NCBI GenBank assembly: GCA_963677745.1 | Contig: OY782391.1 | Coordinates: forward strand, 32,001 to 96,000 | Length of the DNA stretch: 64,000 bases | DNA from: Candidatus Altimarinota bacterium | GTDB taxonomy: Bacteria; Patescibacteriota; Gracilibacteria; UBA1369 | Direction of reading: 5' to 3' | Part shown: one piece after another, positions 1 through 9,376 of the stretch | Layout of the letters: every line of letters starts with the position of its first letter | Position numbering within the stretch: the stretch's first letter is position 1 | Translations under genes and position numbers: made by a program | The notes under the pieces: generated by a model | Seen by the model: only the letters and a program-made list of their open reading frames with translations | Told to the model about the DNA's origin: nothing | The model's database searches: none

Positions 1-193
1 TACTTTCACTGTTTATATATTCAAGTTCAGTAAAATCAAAAACCAGATGGGGCTTATCCACAGTGTCGATAATTTCCGCAATTTCCTTCCTTTTTTCTGT
101 CAGTCCGTATGAATCCAGGTTCCCGACGAACTCTACAACCCAGTATTTTTCATTATCTTTCTTTATCTTTATTTCCAATGGAGTGTCTAACAT
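1..193 (-). CDS. STAS-domain anti-sigma factor antagonist (3' end runs off the window)
   Basis: Own translation from ATG at 193: MLDTPLEIKIKKDNEKYWVVEFVGNLDS...LVFDFTELEYINSES, containing the STAS motif D-x-x-x-L-x-Y-I-N-S. Not in the ORF track. Confidence 0.75.
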   Translation of the reverse strand, partial: MLDTPLEIKIKKDNEKYWVVEFVGNLDSYGLTEKRKEIAEIIDTVDKPHLVFDFTELEYINSES

Positions 194-253
194 TTTGGTT
201 TTATATTAAATTCTATTTATTGTAACACATCTTTTAGGCAATGGAAAGCAATC

Positions 254-279
254 AAAAAAGCCCCCTTTTGTCAGGGGGC
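254..279 (-). terminator. Intrinsic terminator after tsf
   Basis: Stem GCCCCCT/AGGGGGC (260-279) followed by a T6 run on the minus strand. Confidence 0.75.
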
Positions 280-294
280 AATTTTATAAATAAA

Positions 295-891
295 CTAAAT
301 TTCAAATCGTGCAAATCTGACTATTTTTATATTTTCACCCAACTTACTGATGTACTCTTTTACCAGTGCTTCAACTGTTCGTTCGTTATCTTTCACAAAT
401 GGCTGTTTACTGAGAGCAAACTCATCTCTGGCGCTTTTTTCTTTGTTTACTAGGATCATTTCAATCTTGTCCTCGGGCTTTCCTTCGGTTTTTAGTTGTT
501 CCCGCCAGATTTCCTTCTCCTTTTGAATAAACGCGTCGTCAATATCCTCAGGATTAATGGCTTTTGGATTGGTTGCAACAATTTGCATGGCAATATCGTT
601 CGCCAACTCTAAAAAAACCTCATTTTTAGCAACAAAATCAGTTTCACAAGCCAGTTGAACAAGGGCCCCAACCTTTTTATTGGTATGAATATACGAATAG
701 ACAACTCCCTGTCCCGTAATTCTGACAGCTTTTTCCGCAGCCTTGGCAATGCCTTTTTTTCTCAGCTCATCAATTGACTTCTGCAGATCGCCTCCATTTT
801 CTTCCAAAGCCTTTTTACATGCCATCATAGAAGCACCAGTAGCTTCACGAAGTTTCTTAACTTCATCAAGAGATACATTCATCGTTTTCAA
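295..891 (-). CDS. tsf: Translation elongation factor Ts (short form)
   Basis: VKKLREATGASMMACKKAL, CETDFVAK and LGENIKIVRFARF motifs; downstream of rpsB. Confidence 0.97.
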   Translation of the reverse strand: MKTMNVSLDEVKKLREATGASMMACKKALEENGGDLQKSIDELRKKGIAKAAEKAVRITGQGVVYSYIHTNKKVGALVQLACETDFVAKNEVFLELANDIAMQIVATNPKAINPEDIDDAFIQKEKEIWREQLKTEGKPEDKIEMILVNKEKSARDEFALSKQPFVKDNERTVEALVKEYISKLGENIKIVRFARFEI

Positions 892-908
892 TTTATTAAA
901 TAAAAATA

Positions 909-1811
909 TTAACTTACTTTATTCGAATCTTCTGTGTTTTTTGCCTCGTTAGTAGCGGTTGTGCCAGACGCAGGCGCGGTACCACCGGCAGAGGTAGTCA
1001 CATTGCCACTGGCGGAAAGGGAGTCATTTGGCATAGCTGGAGAAACATTTGCAGTTGAAGAGCCCTTCTCCTGCTTCTCCTGTTTTAATGTATCGGCTCT
1101 GTTATCATAGTCAGTCTTGGCAATACCAATTTGCCCGGTAATATTCTCTTTTGAGACTTTCGCCATCATTTCAACTGGAATGATATCTGCTATGCCGCCC
1201 AAAACAGGGATCTTCCACCAGAATCCGGAAAAAGCCAAATACATTGAATAGACACCGATAATCAAGCAACCCAACGGTACCAGTCCAAGCAGGAAAGCCA
1301 TAAACTGACCGATTACTCCGAAAAGTGAAACGATCGCCGCCAGCATGCCCACAAAGAAAAACAAAATTGCGAGCAGTAATCCCTGTTTCGAATGTAGCCT
1401 TACATAGGCACTGTCCGGCTTAATGATAATTGAAATTATTGAAACAAAAGGTATATAGGCGATAGCGGCATAAACTTTTTCTTCTTTAGACACGGGAGGC
1501 TGTGCAGCTTTCTGATCGGTAACGGAACTAAACATCTTTCCGACTGCCGAGCCCACTTGACTGGCTCCTGCCTGTCCCAGGTTTTGAATTTGATTAACTC
1601 CTGCTTTTCCCAGGTCTTTAACCTGTTGTCCGGCCTCATTGCCTACATTTTGGACCTGATTTTTCATAGCATCTCCGATTTCTGCAGTTTTCTCACCAGC
1701 AGCCTTTGAAACGTCCTGTACTGATGATTTTACTTCATCTTTTACCGATGTACCGGCGTTCGCACCTTGATCCGCATTAGCCTGCTGTTGCCCGTTATTA
1801 TCATTTTGCAT
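909..1811 (-). CDS. DUF4870-like membrane protein with low-complexity termini
   Basis: AAIAYIP...VRLHSKQGLLL...WKIPVLG core with 3 TM segments; Q/G/A-rich N-terminus and S/T-rich C-terminus. Confidence 0.7.
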   Translation of the reverse strand: MQNDNNGQQQANADQGANAGTSVKDEVKSSVQDVSKAAGEKTAEIGDAMKNQVQNVGNEAGQQVKDLGKAGVNQIQNLGQAGASQVGSAVGKMFSSVTDQKAAQPPVSKEEKVYAAIAYIPFVSIISIIIKPDSAYVRLHSKQGLLLAILFFFVGMLAAIVSLFGVIGQFMAFLLGLVPLGCLIIGVYSMYLAFSGFWWKIPVLGGIADIIPVEMMAKVSKENITGQIGIAKTDYDNRADTLKQEKQEKGSSTANVSPAMPNDSLSASGNVTTSAGGTAPASGTTATNEAKNTEDSNKVS

Positions 1812-1834
1812 AACGATATTTGTTACTTTTATGA

Positions 1835-2524
1835 TTATTTTTTAGCCCCTTTACCTTCAATTACCGCGCTTTTTACGGCATTTATTACATATGTAATCGA
1901 TGACAAAGCATCATCATTGGCAGGAATTGGATAATCTACACCATCCGGATCGGCATTTGAGTCGGTGATAGCTATCACTTTGATCTTCATCTTATTTGCT
2001 TCATTCACAATAATCCGGTCTCTGACAACATCGGCAATAAAAACAACCGCGGGTAGTCTGTCCAGTTCCCGTACCCCGCCGAAGGCATCCTGTAATTTTA
2101 CCAGCTCTTTTTTTATTCTGGCAATTTCCTTCTTGGTGAATTTTTCCAGTTCACCGGTTTTTTCCTGATCAAGCAAATCATTAAAATACTTAATCCGCTT
2201 CTTGATAGTGGAAAAATTCGTAAATAACCCCGGCATCCATTTATTGACAACATAGGGCATACCGGTTTCTTTGGCAGCATCCATAATCAGTTTTGCCGCC
2301 TGTGGTTTTGTACTCGCCAGCATAATGGTTTTACCGCCGGCGGAAGACTGGCGGATAAATTCCAGAGCATTTTCCATGGCAACTGCCGTCTTCTCCAGAT
2401 CAAATATATGAATTCCGTTTTTGGAACCATATAAAAATGGCTTCATTTTCGGGTTCCATCTTTGCGTTTGGTGACCGAAATGCATAGCCGCATCCATCAT
2501 TTCCTTAATAGAATCTTTTGACAT
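1835..2524 (-). CDS. rpsB: 30S ribosomal protein S2
   Basis: HFGHQTQRWNPKM, DSNADP and YPIPANDD motifs. Confidence 0.98.
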   Translation of the reverse strand: MSKDSIKEMMDAAMHFGHQTQRWNPKMKPFLYGSKNGIHIFDLEKTAVAMENALEFIRQSSAGGKTIMLASTKPQAAKLIMDAAKETGMPYVVNKWMPGLFTNFSTIKKRIKYFNDLLDQEKTGELEKFTKKEIARIKKELVKLQDAFGGVRELDRLPAVVFIADVVRDRIIVNEANKMKIKVIAITDSNADPDGVDYPIPANDDALSSITYVINAVKSAVIEGKGAKK

Positions 2525-2732
2525 ATATCCTTTTGGTTAATTTATCCCTTCCTCTTGCGCATTGCCACTGGTACAACCAATGGAGGATTTCGCAATCTGG
2601 AGATAAACTTGAAATAAAACATTACGAATTTATTATAACTGCATCAGAAAAGCAAGTTTTTCACCTCAGGGCTTTTGACATTTAAGGCCTAAACTGATAT
2701 TATATTATGAATAAATAGGCAAAATCATATAT

Positions 2733-3314
2733 ATGATGTTACCAAGCGGATCCAGCAAAGCGGATCCTAAAAATCAAGACCAGGGCGGCCGGCAGGGCCC
2801 ACCAGCCCCCAAAGTAGTTGAAATTACCATCACCCTGCCCACCAATGCCTATTTTTTGTCGGGTATAAGGGATTTTACGCTAAAATTGATCAAAAATATG
2901 ACCGATTTCAGTGAACAATGGGCTTATCGTTTCCAGTCGATTGTGGATGAACTATGTAACAATGCCATTGAACACGGATCAAAAGAAGGTGAAACCATCA
3001 AAATTATCTTTCAGAATGCTGCCAAAGACTATATTCAGATCATAGTGGAAGATACCGGCACAGGCAGCCATCCGCTTAAAGCTGCTGATATTTCCAAAAT
3101 TGTCAATGAACGTAAAAACCAGACTTTGCTAAACGGTTTGATTCGGGGCAGGGGATTACCTAAAATCGTCGCCGAATGGACTGATGAACTGGAATTTACC
3201 GACAATGAAAAAGGCGGACTGAGAGTCAGAGTGAAAAAATTCCTCAACGACCCCAAACTTAAACAAAACACTGGTGGCGGTCTTGAAAATCAGTCGCACA
3301 TCGTGCTTAATTAA
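2733..3314 (+). CDS. Anti-sigma factor / serine kinase (RsbW/SpoIIAB-like HATPase)
   Basis: ELCNNAIEHG N-box, VEDTGTG G1 box and GRGL G2 box; next to a STAS gene. Confidence 0.85.
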   Translation: MMLPSGSSKADPKNQDQGGRQGPPAPKVVEITITLPTNAYFLSGIRDFTLKLIKNMTDFSEQWAYRFQSIVDELCNNAIEHGSKEGETIKIIFQNAAKDYIQIIVEDTGTGSHPLKAADISKIVNERKNQTLLNGLIRGRGLPKIVAEWTDELEFTDNEKGGLRVRVKKFLNDPKLKQNTGGGLENQSHIVLN

Positions 3315-3349
3315 ATTAAATAATAAATAATTAACAAACAGAAAAAAGT

Positions 3350-3721
3350 ATGACAGACATAAACATAATCATTGAGGATTTACCGGTAAGCAGCGGCGAT
3401 AAAATAGCCAAAATTGTAACCTTCAAAGGACAGTTGGACGAAACCAATGTCGACGAGAAATCAAAAATAATCTACTCGCTGATCGAGCAGAATCCCAAAA
3501 ATCTGAATATTCTGATGGATTTGGAGGGACTTGAATACATGAACAGCAAATCAATTGGTTATTTGACTGACTGGTACAGTAAAATCTCCGAAGGAGGAGG
3601 TAAAATTGTGATAGCAAAAGCCAGACCTAACATCCTGGACATACTGGAGGTGGTCGGCCTCACACAGCTGATTACCTGTTACCCAAGCCAGGACGAAGCC
3701 AAACTTGCCTTAGTTTCATAA
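3350..3721 (+). CDS. STAS-domain anti-sigma factor antagonist (RsbV/SpoIIAA-like)
   Basis: GQLD...DLEGLEYMNSKSIG...ILEVVGL. Confidence 0.9.
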   Translation: MTDINIIIEDLPVSSGDKIAKIVTFKGQLDETNVDEKSKIIYSLIEQNPKNLNILMDLEGLEYMNSKSIGYLTDWYSKISEGGGKIVIAKARPNILDILEVVGLTQLITCYPSQDEAKLALVS

Positions 3722-3728
3722 ACTATCC

Positions 3729-4826
3729 ATGCCCCATTTTGAACCACTATATCTGGTTTATGGCGGACTGGCTCTTCTCCCGGCTATTATCTGGTTGGTA
3801 GTTCTGTATTCCAAACAGAGCAACAAAAAATACCAGATCCTGATCTTTCTCCTCGGCACCCTGACTGTGATACCGATTTTTCTGATCCAGTATTTATTTA
3901 CGCTTGTCCCCCAGATTGACTTAGTTACGTTTGCCAATGAGCATGTCACCAATCCGCATTTAAACTTTCTGATTTTATATGCCTGGGTGGCGGTAACGGA
4001 GGAAATTGTGAAACAATGGATGATTCGTTATCTGGACAGCAAGTTTTTGATTGTTCAGACCATTAATGATTCAATTCAATACAGTCTGGTCTCGGCTCTG
4101 GGATTTTCCTTTGCTGAAAATATCTTCTATTTCTATCAGATTGGTACCCAGGCGGGGATAGCCCCCTTATTGGTTGCCTATTTCTTCCGCTCAATTTTTA
4201 CCACTTGTGGACACCTGGTATTTTCGGGCTTTTTTGGATATTTTTACGGAATTGCCAAGTTTTCGATAAGCATTGTTGAACATAGCAATCTTCAGGGGAA
4301 AAAAATGTGGTTTTCCCGCCTTATCGGAAGAGTTTTGAATATTTCACGCATCCAGGCCTATCAGGAAACTACAATCCTGAAAGGACTCTTCACGGCGATT
4401 ATAGTTCACATGATTTTCAATTATTCCTTGGAAATGAATAATTACACCGGTAACTCCCTGTTTATCGGTTTTGCAGCCATATTTATAATTGTATGTTACC
4501 TGATACTGCGAAAAATTCTCAAACATCGTGCCGGTAGTTTGATACTGATCGAGGAACCGGAGGAACACCGCACTTCAACTATGGCAAAAACGGACGAAGA
4601 GGTAGTAATAGAATTACTCGGAATGTGGTTTAACAAAGGAAAATTCGTTGATGTGATGCATATTTGTGAGCGATTGCTGAAGCGCGATCCAAACAACAAG
4701 ATTGTGCAGTTGTTTAAAGCCAAAGCCATGGATCAGATGGAACAGGGGAATCCTTACAAAACGGTATTATCCAAAATGTTTCCGGACGATCAAAACAAAA
4801 ATGCTAATGCTGGGCCGCAAAAGTGA
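3729..4826 (+). CDS. PrsW-family intramembrane protease
   Basis: EEIVK, ALGFSFAEN, GHLVFS and HMIFN motifs; multiple TM segments. Confidence 0.88.
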   Translation: MPHFEPLYLVYGGLALLPAIIWLVVLYSKQSNKKYQILIFLLGTLTVIPIFLIQYLFTLVPQIDLVTFANEHVTNPHLNFLILYAWVAVTEEIVKQWMIRYLDSKFLIVQTINDSIQYSLVSALGFSFAENIFYFYQIGTQAGIAPLLVAYFFRSIFTTCGHLVFSGFFGYFYGIAKFSISIVEHSNLQGKKMWFSRLIGRVLNISRIQAYQETTILKGLFTAIIVHMIFNYSLEMNNYTGNSLFIGFAAIFIIVCYLILRKILKHRAGSLILIEEPEEHRTSTMAKTDEEVVIELLGMWFNKGKFVDVMHICERLLKRDPNNKIVQLFKAKAMDQMEQGNPYKTVLSKMFPDDQNKNANAGPQK

Positions 4827-6002
4827 TTGCCTTTTTCAAAGGATGACCTATCATTATCCTGCACTTTTTTCGAATTCTTGAAGTCATTACAACAGGCAAA
4901 AATTGCAATAGTCTGTGATTGGTTGACCAATCAGGGGGGGGCCGAAAAGGTTATTTTAGGCTTTCACGAACTTTTCCCCAATGCGCCAATCTATACTTCT
5001 CTCTATAATCCCAATAAGCTGGAATGTTTTAACAATGCGGAAGTACACACTTCCTTTATCCAGAAAATTCCTTTTGCCACCGGCCACCATCAATTCTTTC
5101 TTAACTCCATGCCGCGGGCTTTCGAAAGCTTTGATTTATCCTCCTTTGATATTGTAATTTCCAGTTCGCACTCCTGTGCCAAGGGAATTATTCTCAAACC
5201 GCACACCATGCATGTTAGCTATTGTCATTCTCCGATGCGCTATGCCTGGGATAACCATCAGAAGTATATTAAAGAATACGCCGTAAACGGTCTTTTCAAG
5301 AAATTAGCCTCTCTTTTTATTCACAGAATACGACTCTGGGATAGAATAAGCTCCGACCGTGTAGATTATTTTCTGTCCAATTCCGGTTATATAAAGAAAA
5401 GGATACGTAAATTCTACCGCCGCGACAGTACTGTGATTTATCCGTTTATTGAACCTGAAAAATTTCATTCCGGAGAGCATTCACAATACTATCTGGCCGT
5501 GGGAAGACTTACTTCTTACAAGAAGTTCGATTTGCTCGTAGACGCCTTTAATAAGAACAAATTACCGCTTAAAATAGTAGGAACGGGTGGAATGTATAAA
5601 AATCTTCGCAAAAAATCCTCAAAAAACATTGAATTTCTGGGATTTCAATCGGACCAGTCTTTGAGAGATCTTTACTCCCGGGCCAAAGCACTGATTTTTC
5701 CGCAATGTGAGGATTTCGGGATCATCCCTCTGGAGGCTATGGCCTCCGGCTGTCCGGTCATCGCCTATGCCAAGGGGGGTGCACTGGAAACCGTAAAAAA
5801 CCGTGAAACCGGTCTTCTTTTCTCAGAACAGACTGTGGACTCGCTGAACCAGGCCATCTGCGATTTTGAAAAACTTAAATTTGATGAAAACAAAATAATC
5901 AACCACGCCCATCAATTCAGTAAAATTAATTTTCAGAAAATATTTTTAAATTATCTCGAAAAAACCTGGCAGGAATACCAACTAACCCATCGGAACTTAT
6001 GA
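4827..6002 (+). CDS. GT4 glycosyltransferase
   Basis: DWL..GGAEKV, YCHSPMRYAWD, EDFGIIPLEAMASG. The true start may be slightly downstream. Confidence 0.9.
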   Translation: MPFSKDDLSLSCTFFEFLKSLQQAKIAIVCDWLTNQGGAEKVILGFHELFPNAPIYTSLYNPNKLECFNNAEVHTSFIQKIPFATGHHQFFLNSMPRAFESFDLSSFDIVISSSHSCAKGIILKPHTMHVSYCHSPMRYAWDNHQKYIKEYAVNGLFKKLASLFIHRIRLWDRISSDRVDYFLSNSGYIKKRIRKFYRRDSTVIYPFIEPEKFHSGEHSQYYLAVGRLTSYKKFDLLVDAFNKNKLPLKIVGTGGMYKNLRKKSSKNIEFLGFQSDQSLRDLYSRAKALIFPQCEDFGIIPLEAMASGCPVIAYAKGGALETVKNRETGLLFSEQTVDSLNQAICDFEKLKFDENKIINHAHQFSKINFQKIFLNYLEKTWQEYQLTHRNL

Positions 6003-6940
6003 CTTTTATGGAAATGTTTAATCTAATCAGAAGAAATCTTATAATTTTCCTTTTAACCGCACTGATCTGTTTGGGAGCGGGTCTACTTGCCCAAAAGGCC
6101 TTTTTACAGATGAAATATGAGAATTCTATATTTCTGGTTTTCGGTGTGGAAGACCGTTTGAAGGGAGGGGATCCCTATGAAAATCTTCAGGCCGCCGATC
6201 AGATTACGGAAAGTATACAGGGCTGGATCAAAGATCCCTCATTCCAAAAGGAAATTGCCGGCATTACCGGTAATGATTTTTCCATCAAAGCCAAAAAACA
6301 GGAGAAAAACAATCTGCTGATCACCTTCAACACGGCCGATTTGACCGCAAATAACTCCTACAAGGAAGCCATTTTATCACTATTAAATCAAAAGATTTCC
6401 GTTTACAACAATAATTCCGATCTTCAGATTAACCTGGCCTCACAGACCTATAATCTTGATGAAAACCGCTATCTCCCCGCAGTGGTACTGATGCTGGCTG
6501 GATTATTCGGTCTTTTGATAGGCGTCATTTTTTCATATTTGTATGAAAAAATGACGGGAAAAGTGTCTTTTCTCAAGGAGATCAGCTTTTTTTTCAGCAC
6601 GGTCCGGCCTTTTTCTTTTAAAAATGAAAAACATTTAAAAACGGGTTTTCCCTTTTTGTACAAACACCTTATGTCGGACAATCCCGGAAATCAGTTGCAA
6701 ATACTGCACTTTTCCACCCCCTCCAAAGTCCTCCAAACAATGTTTTCCGAACAGGAAAACATTAAGGGAGTCACAGAACTTTGCATTCCCGACAATCTCC
6801 AGGACGTCCGCATTGATCTGCCGACAGTTTTGATCTGCCAACCTGGAGCAACTCCCCGCGGCGGATTGGACTATCTTTCCGAATTAAATTTCTCCCGGCT
6901 GGAAATTGTCGTTTTCGACAGACTGAAATCGCAGAGATAA
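5999..6940 (+). CDS. Wzz/CapA-like polysaccharide chain-length protein
   Basis: Two TM helices flanking a soluble loop; coupled to the glycosyltransferase by an ATGA overlap. Confidence 0.55.
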   Translation: MTFMEMFNLIRRNLIIFLLTALICLGAGLLAQKAFLQMKYENSIFLVFGVEDRLKGGDPYENLQAADQITESIQGWIKDPSFQKEIAGITGNDFSIKAKKQEKNNLLITFNTADLTANNSYKEAILSLLNQKISVYNNNSDLQINLASQTYNLDENRYLPAVVLMLAGLFGLLIGVIFSYLYEKMTGKVSFLKEISFFFSTVRPFSFKNEKHLKTGFPFLYKHLMSDNPGNQLQILHFSTPSKVLQTMFSEQENIKGVTELCIPDNLQDVRIDLPTVLICQPGATPRGGLDYLSELNFSRLEIVVFDRLKSQR

Positions 6941-6971
6941 CAGACCTCCAGCAAGATAAAAGAGAATGTCG

Positions 6972-8198
6972 CTAGGCTTTGGCATGTATCCGTTTACCAA
7001 CATCCTTGGCAAATATTGATATGATCGTTGCTATCGGTATTGCCAGTATCAAACCAAGAATACCCAGAAACTGGAATCCCACCATCAAGGCGAAAATAAT
7101 TATAATGGGGCTTAGACCAACCGCCTTATTCATTAACAATGGAACAATTATGTTGTTTTCCACCTGCGAAATACCGAAATAATAGATAATTATAAACAAT
7201 GCGTGACCGGCTGATTGATTCAAGACGATTGGCAGAACCAGAACACAGGCCACCACCCTTCCGAATACCGGCACAATCATACAAATGCCTGTAATGACCG
7301 AAATCAATAATGAATATTCCACACCGGCCACAGTCAAACCTATAAATGATATAACCGCAGCTGTAATCGACACCAGCAGCTGGCCTCTGATCCAGTCACC
7401 GATCTTGATCTTAACCATCTGCAATCTCTTGGTAATGTAAGAAGAATATTTTTCCGGAAAAATCGACACACAGAAATTTTGCAGAGATTGTTCATCCACT
7501 GTCATGAAAAATACCAGAATCAAGATCAATATAAAATTCAGCAGACCGTTGGAAATTTGCATGATAATAGACCATAGATTTCCTCCAAGATTCATCAGCT
7601 GTGAAGATACGAGCTGCAAAGAATCTTTAAACTGTACGGCCACAACCTTTATATCAACAGCCCTGTACAATTCTTCCAGATAAGGCCTGATCTGTTCGCC
7701 AAACGGCAGGTTCAAGGTTGGACTTTGCGAAACTTTCAAAATAAAGTCATTAACCGCTCCCGCCAGACTGATCAGCTGTTCGGCTATCAAAGGCAATAAA
7801 TGTATGAAAAACAGTGCGACAAGCAAAAATATAAAAACGTAAATCAACAAAACGCCAATTGCCCGCGGAATTCTTTTGTCCTGTAAAAAATCGATCAGGG
7901 GATCTAGTGCCGCAGCAATAAAGAAGGACACAAAAAACAAAAGTAATGTATTGCCGATGGAGTAAAGCAGATATGCTCCCAGCAGAACCATCAAAACAGT
8001 CATGGTGGATTTAAAGATGCTCATAGGGGAAACCTCCACGATCATTTTATCTATATCCACCTTTACTTCCGGAAGACCTACGCCTTCTGCATCCAGCTTG
8101 GAATCTTTACGGAGCCTTAAAGCTTTCTCCTTCAAGCTTGTAACCTTGCCGGTAAGAATTTTTAAAAAGCCTCTCTTTGTTTTATTTTGTTTTTTCAT
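6972..8198 (-). CDS. AI-2E family transporter
   Basis: AAALDPLID, WIRGQ and QVENNIIVP...VGLSP motifs. Confidence 0.9.
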   Translation of the reverse strand: MKKQNKTKRGFLKILTGKVTSLKEKALRLRKDSKLDAEGVGLPEVKVDIDKMIVEVSPMSIFKSTMTVLMVLLGAYLLYSIGNTLLLFFVSFFIAAALDPLIDFLQDKRIPRAIGVLLIYVFIFLLVALFFIHLLPLIAEQLISLAGAVNDFILKVSQSPTLNLPFGEQIRPYLEELYRAVDIKVVAVQFKDSLQLVSSQLMNLGGNLWSIIMQISNGLLNFILILILVFFMTVDEQSLQNFCVSIFPEKYSSYITKRLQMVKIKIGDWIRGQLLVSITAAVISFIGLTVAGVEYSLLISVITGICMIVPVFGRVVACVLVLPIVLNQSAGHALFIIIYYFGISQVENNIIVPLLMNKAVGLSPIIIIFALMVGFQFLGILGLILAIPIATIISIFAKDVGKRIHAKA

Positions 8199-8199
8199 T

Positions 8200-8703
8200 T
8201 TATCCGGTTAATGCAGATATAATAACACTTACAATACTCCAGGCCAAAAATGCCAAAACCATGCCAAACAAGGCATTTGTGATAAACTTTTTACCTTTTT
8301 CTTTTTCCTGCGTCAGCCCGCCCATGATGTATAAAAACCCGCCGATAACAACAAACAGTAAAGCAATCAGACTGACGAGTCCCAACAGAAAATTACTGAA
8401 ATACTGAATAAAATAGGGAACCATTGGCAGTGAAATACGGCCGGATGTAACAGCACAGCCCAGAACTTCTTCCCTGGTCATTATACTATTCTCAAAATTA
8501 CCGCTGTTATTGAATTTATTGATTTCTTCTTCACAATCAACAGGAGCCTCTCCTTCTATGCTCTTTCCCGGCTTAGGTAAAATAGTCCCTTGCGCCTGTG
8601 CCACAACCTGAAATGACAGCAACCCAATCAGCAGCGAAACCAGAATAACGTTAATTTTCCTCATACTGTTCTTTTTTATTTGGCGCAATATTAACACAGC
8701 CAT
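8200..8703 (-). CDS. VirB2/TrbC-like pilin (CPR type)
   Basis: Signal peptide, a Cys pair and IALLFVVIGGFLYI..G...EKGKK.ITNAL.G. Confidence 0.7.
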   Translation of the reverse strand: MAVLILRQIKKNSMRKINVILVSLLIGLLSFQVVAQAQGTILPKPGKSIEGEAPVDCEEEINKFNNSGNFENSIMTREEVLGCAVTSGRISLPMVPYFIQYFSNFLLGLVSLIALLFVVIGGFLYIMGGLTQEKEKGKKFITNALFGMVLAFLAWSIVSVIISALTG

Positions 8704-8707
8704 TCTA

Positions 8708-9376
8708 TCAGGCCAGGTTTTTTATTCCAATTCTTATTTCATTTACCCCTTCGGCGATCAGTTCTTCAAATTGATCGATAAAATTCATTGAAAACCGGTC
8801 AAACCCCCTGAACCTTGAATCTAGCAATTTAAACATGGTACCTGCTTTCCGGATGGCTGTTTTTCTGATTCTTTCGTTATCAACCGGAGGAACATAGGTA
8901 TTCAGGCCAACCAATCGGATTCCGGAGGTTTTGGCAATTTCGTAGCATTCCTCAGAAATTTCCGCCGGGTTGAATCCGAACTTTTTTATTTCACTGACAA
9001 CATTCATCCTGACCAAAATATTGGTAATTTTTCCCAGCCTGGCGTTCAGATCACTGATCAGTTTTACCTGTTCTATATTCACAATTGATTCGATCAAATC
9101 AAAATTTGCCAGGATTGGAGAGATGTTGTTTTCCTCCAAATCTCCCAAAAAATATTTTTGGCATGGCAACAAATCTGGTTCCATATCTCCCAATTGCTGC
9201 AAATTGGAAAACCCAATTAACCTGACTCCGGCACTAATTAACTTGTTAATATCATTCAGCGTCAATTGCTCTGCCAACAATAAAATATTGATGTCTACTG
9301 GGTTACGAAAATTCATTTTACAATAATATTGTATTTTTGTAACGATTTCCTGTAATCTGGCAACCTGATATTCCAT
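8708..9376 (-). CDS. Degenerate YggS/PLP-homeostasis (alanine racemase N-domain) protein
   Basis: YggS layout is recognisable (KFGF, L.GL, SM, EG...IRIG) but the PLP-binding motifs are altered. Confidence 0.7.
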   Translation of the reverse strand: MEYQVARLQEIVTKIQYYCKMNFRNPVDINILLLAEQLTLNDINKLISAGVRLIGFSNLQQLGDMEPDLLPCQKYFLGDLEENNISPILANFDLIESIVNIEQVKLISDLNARLGKITNILVRMNVVSEIKKFGFNPAEISEECYEIAKTSGIRLVGLNTYVPPVDNERIRKTAIRKAGTMFKLLDSRFRGFDRFSMNFIDQFEELIAEGVNEIRIGIKNLA

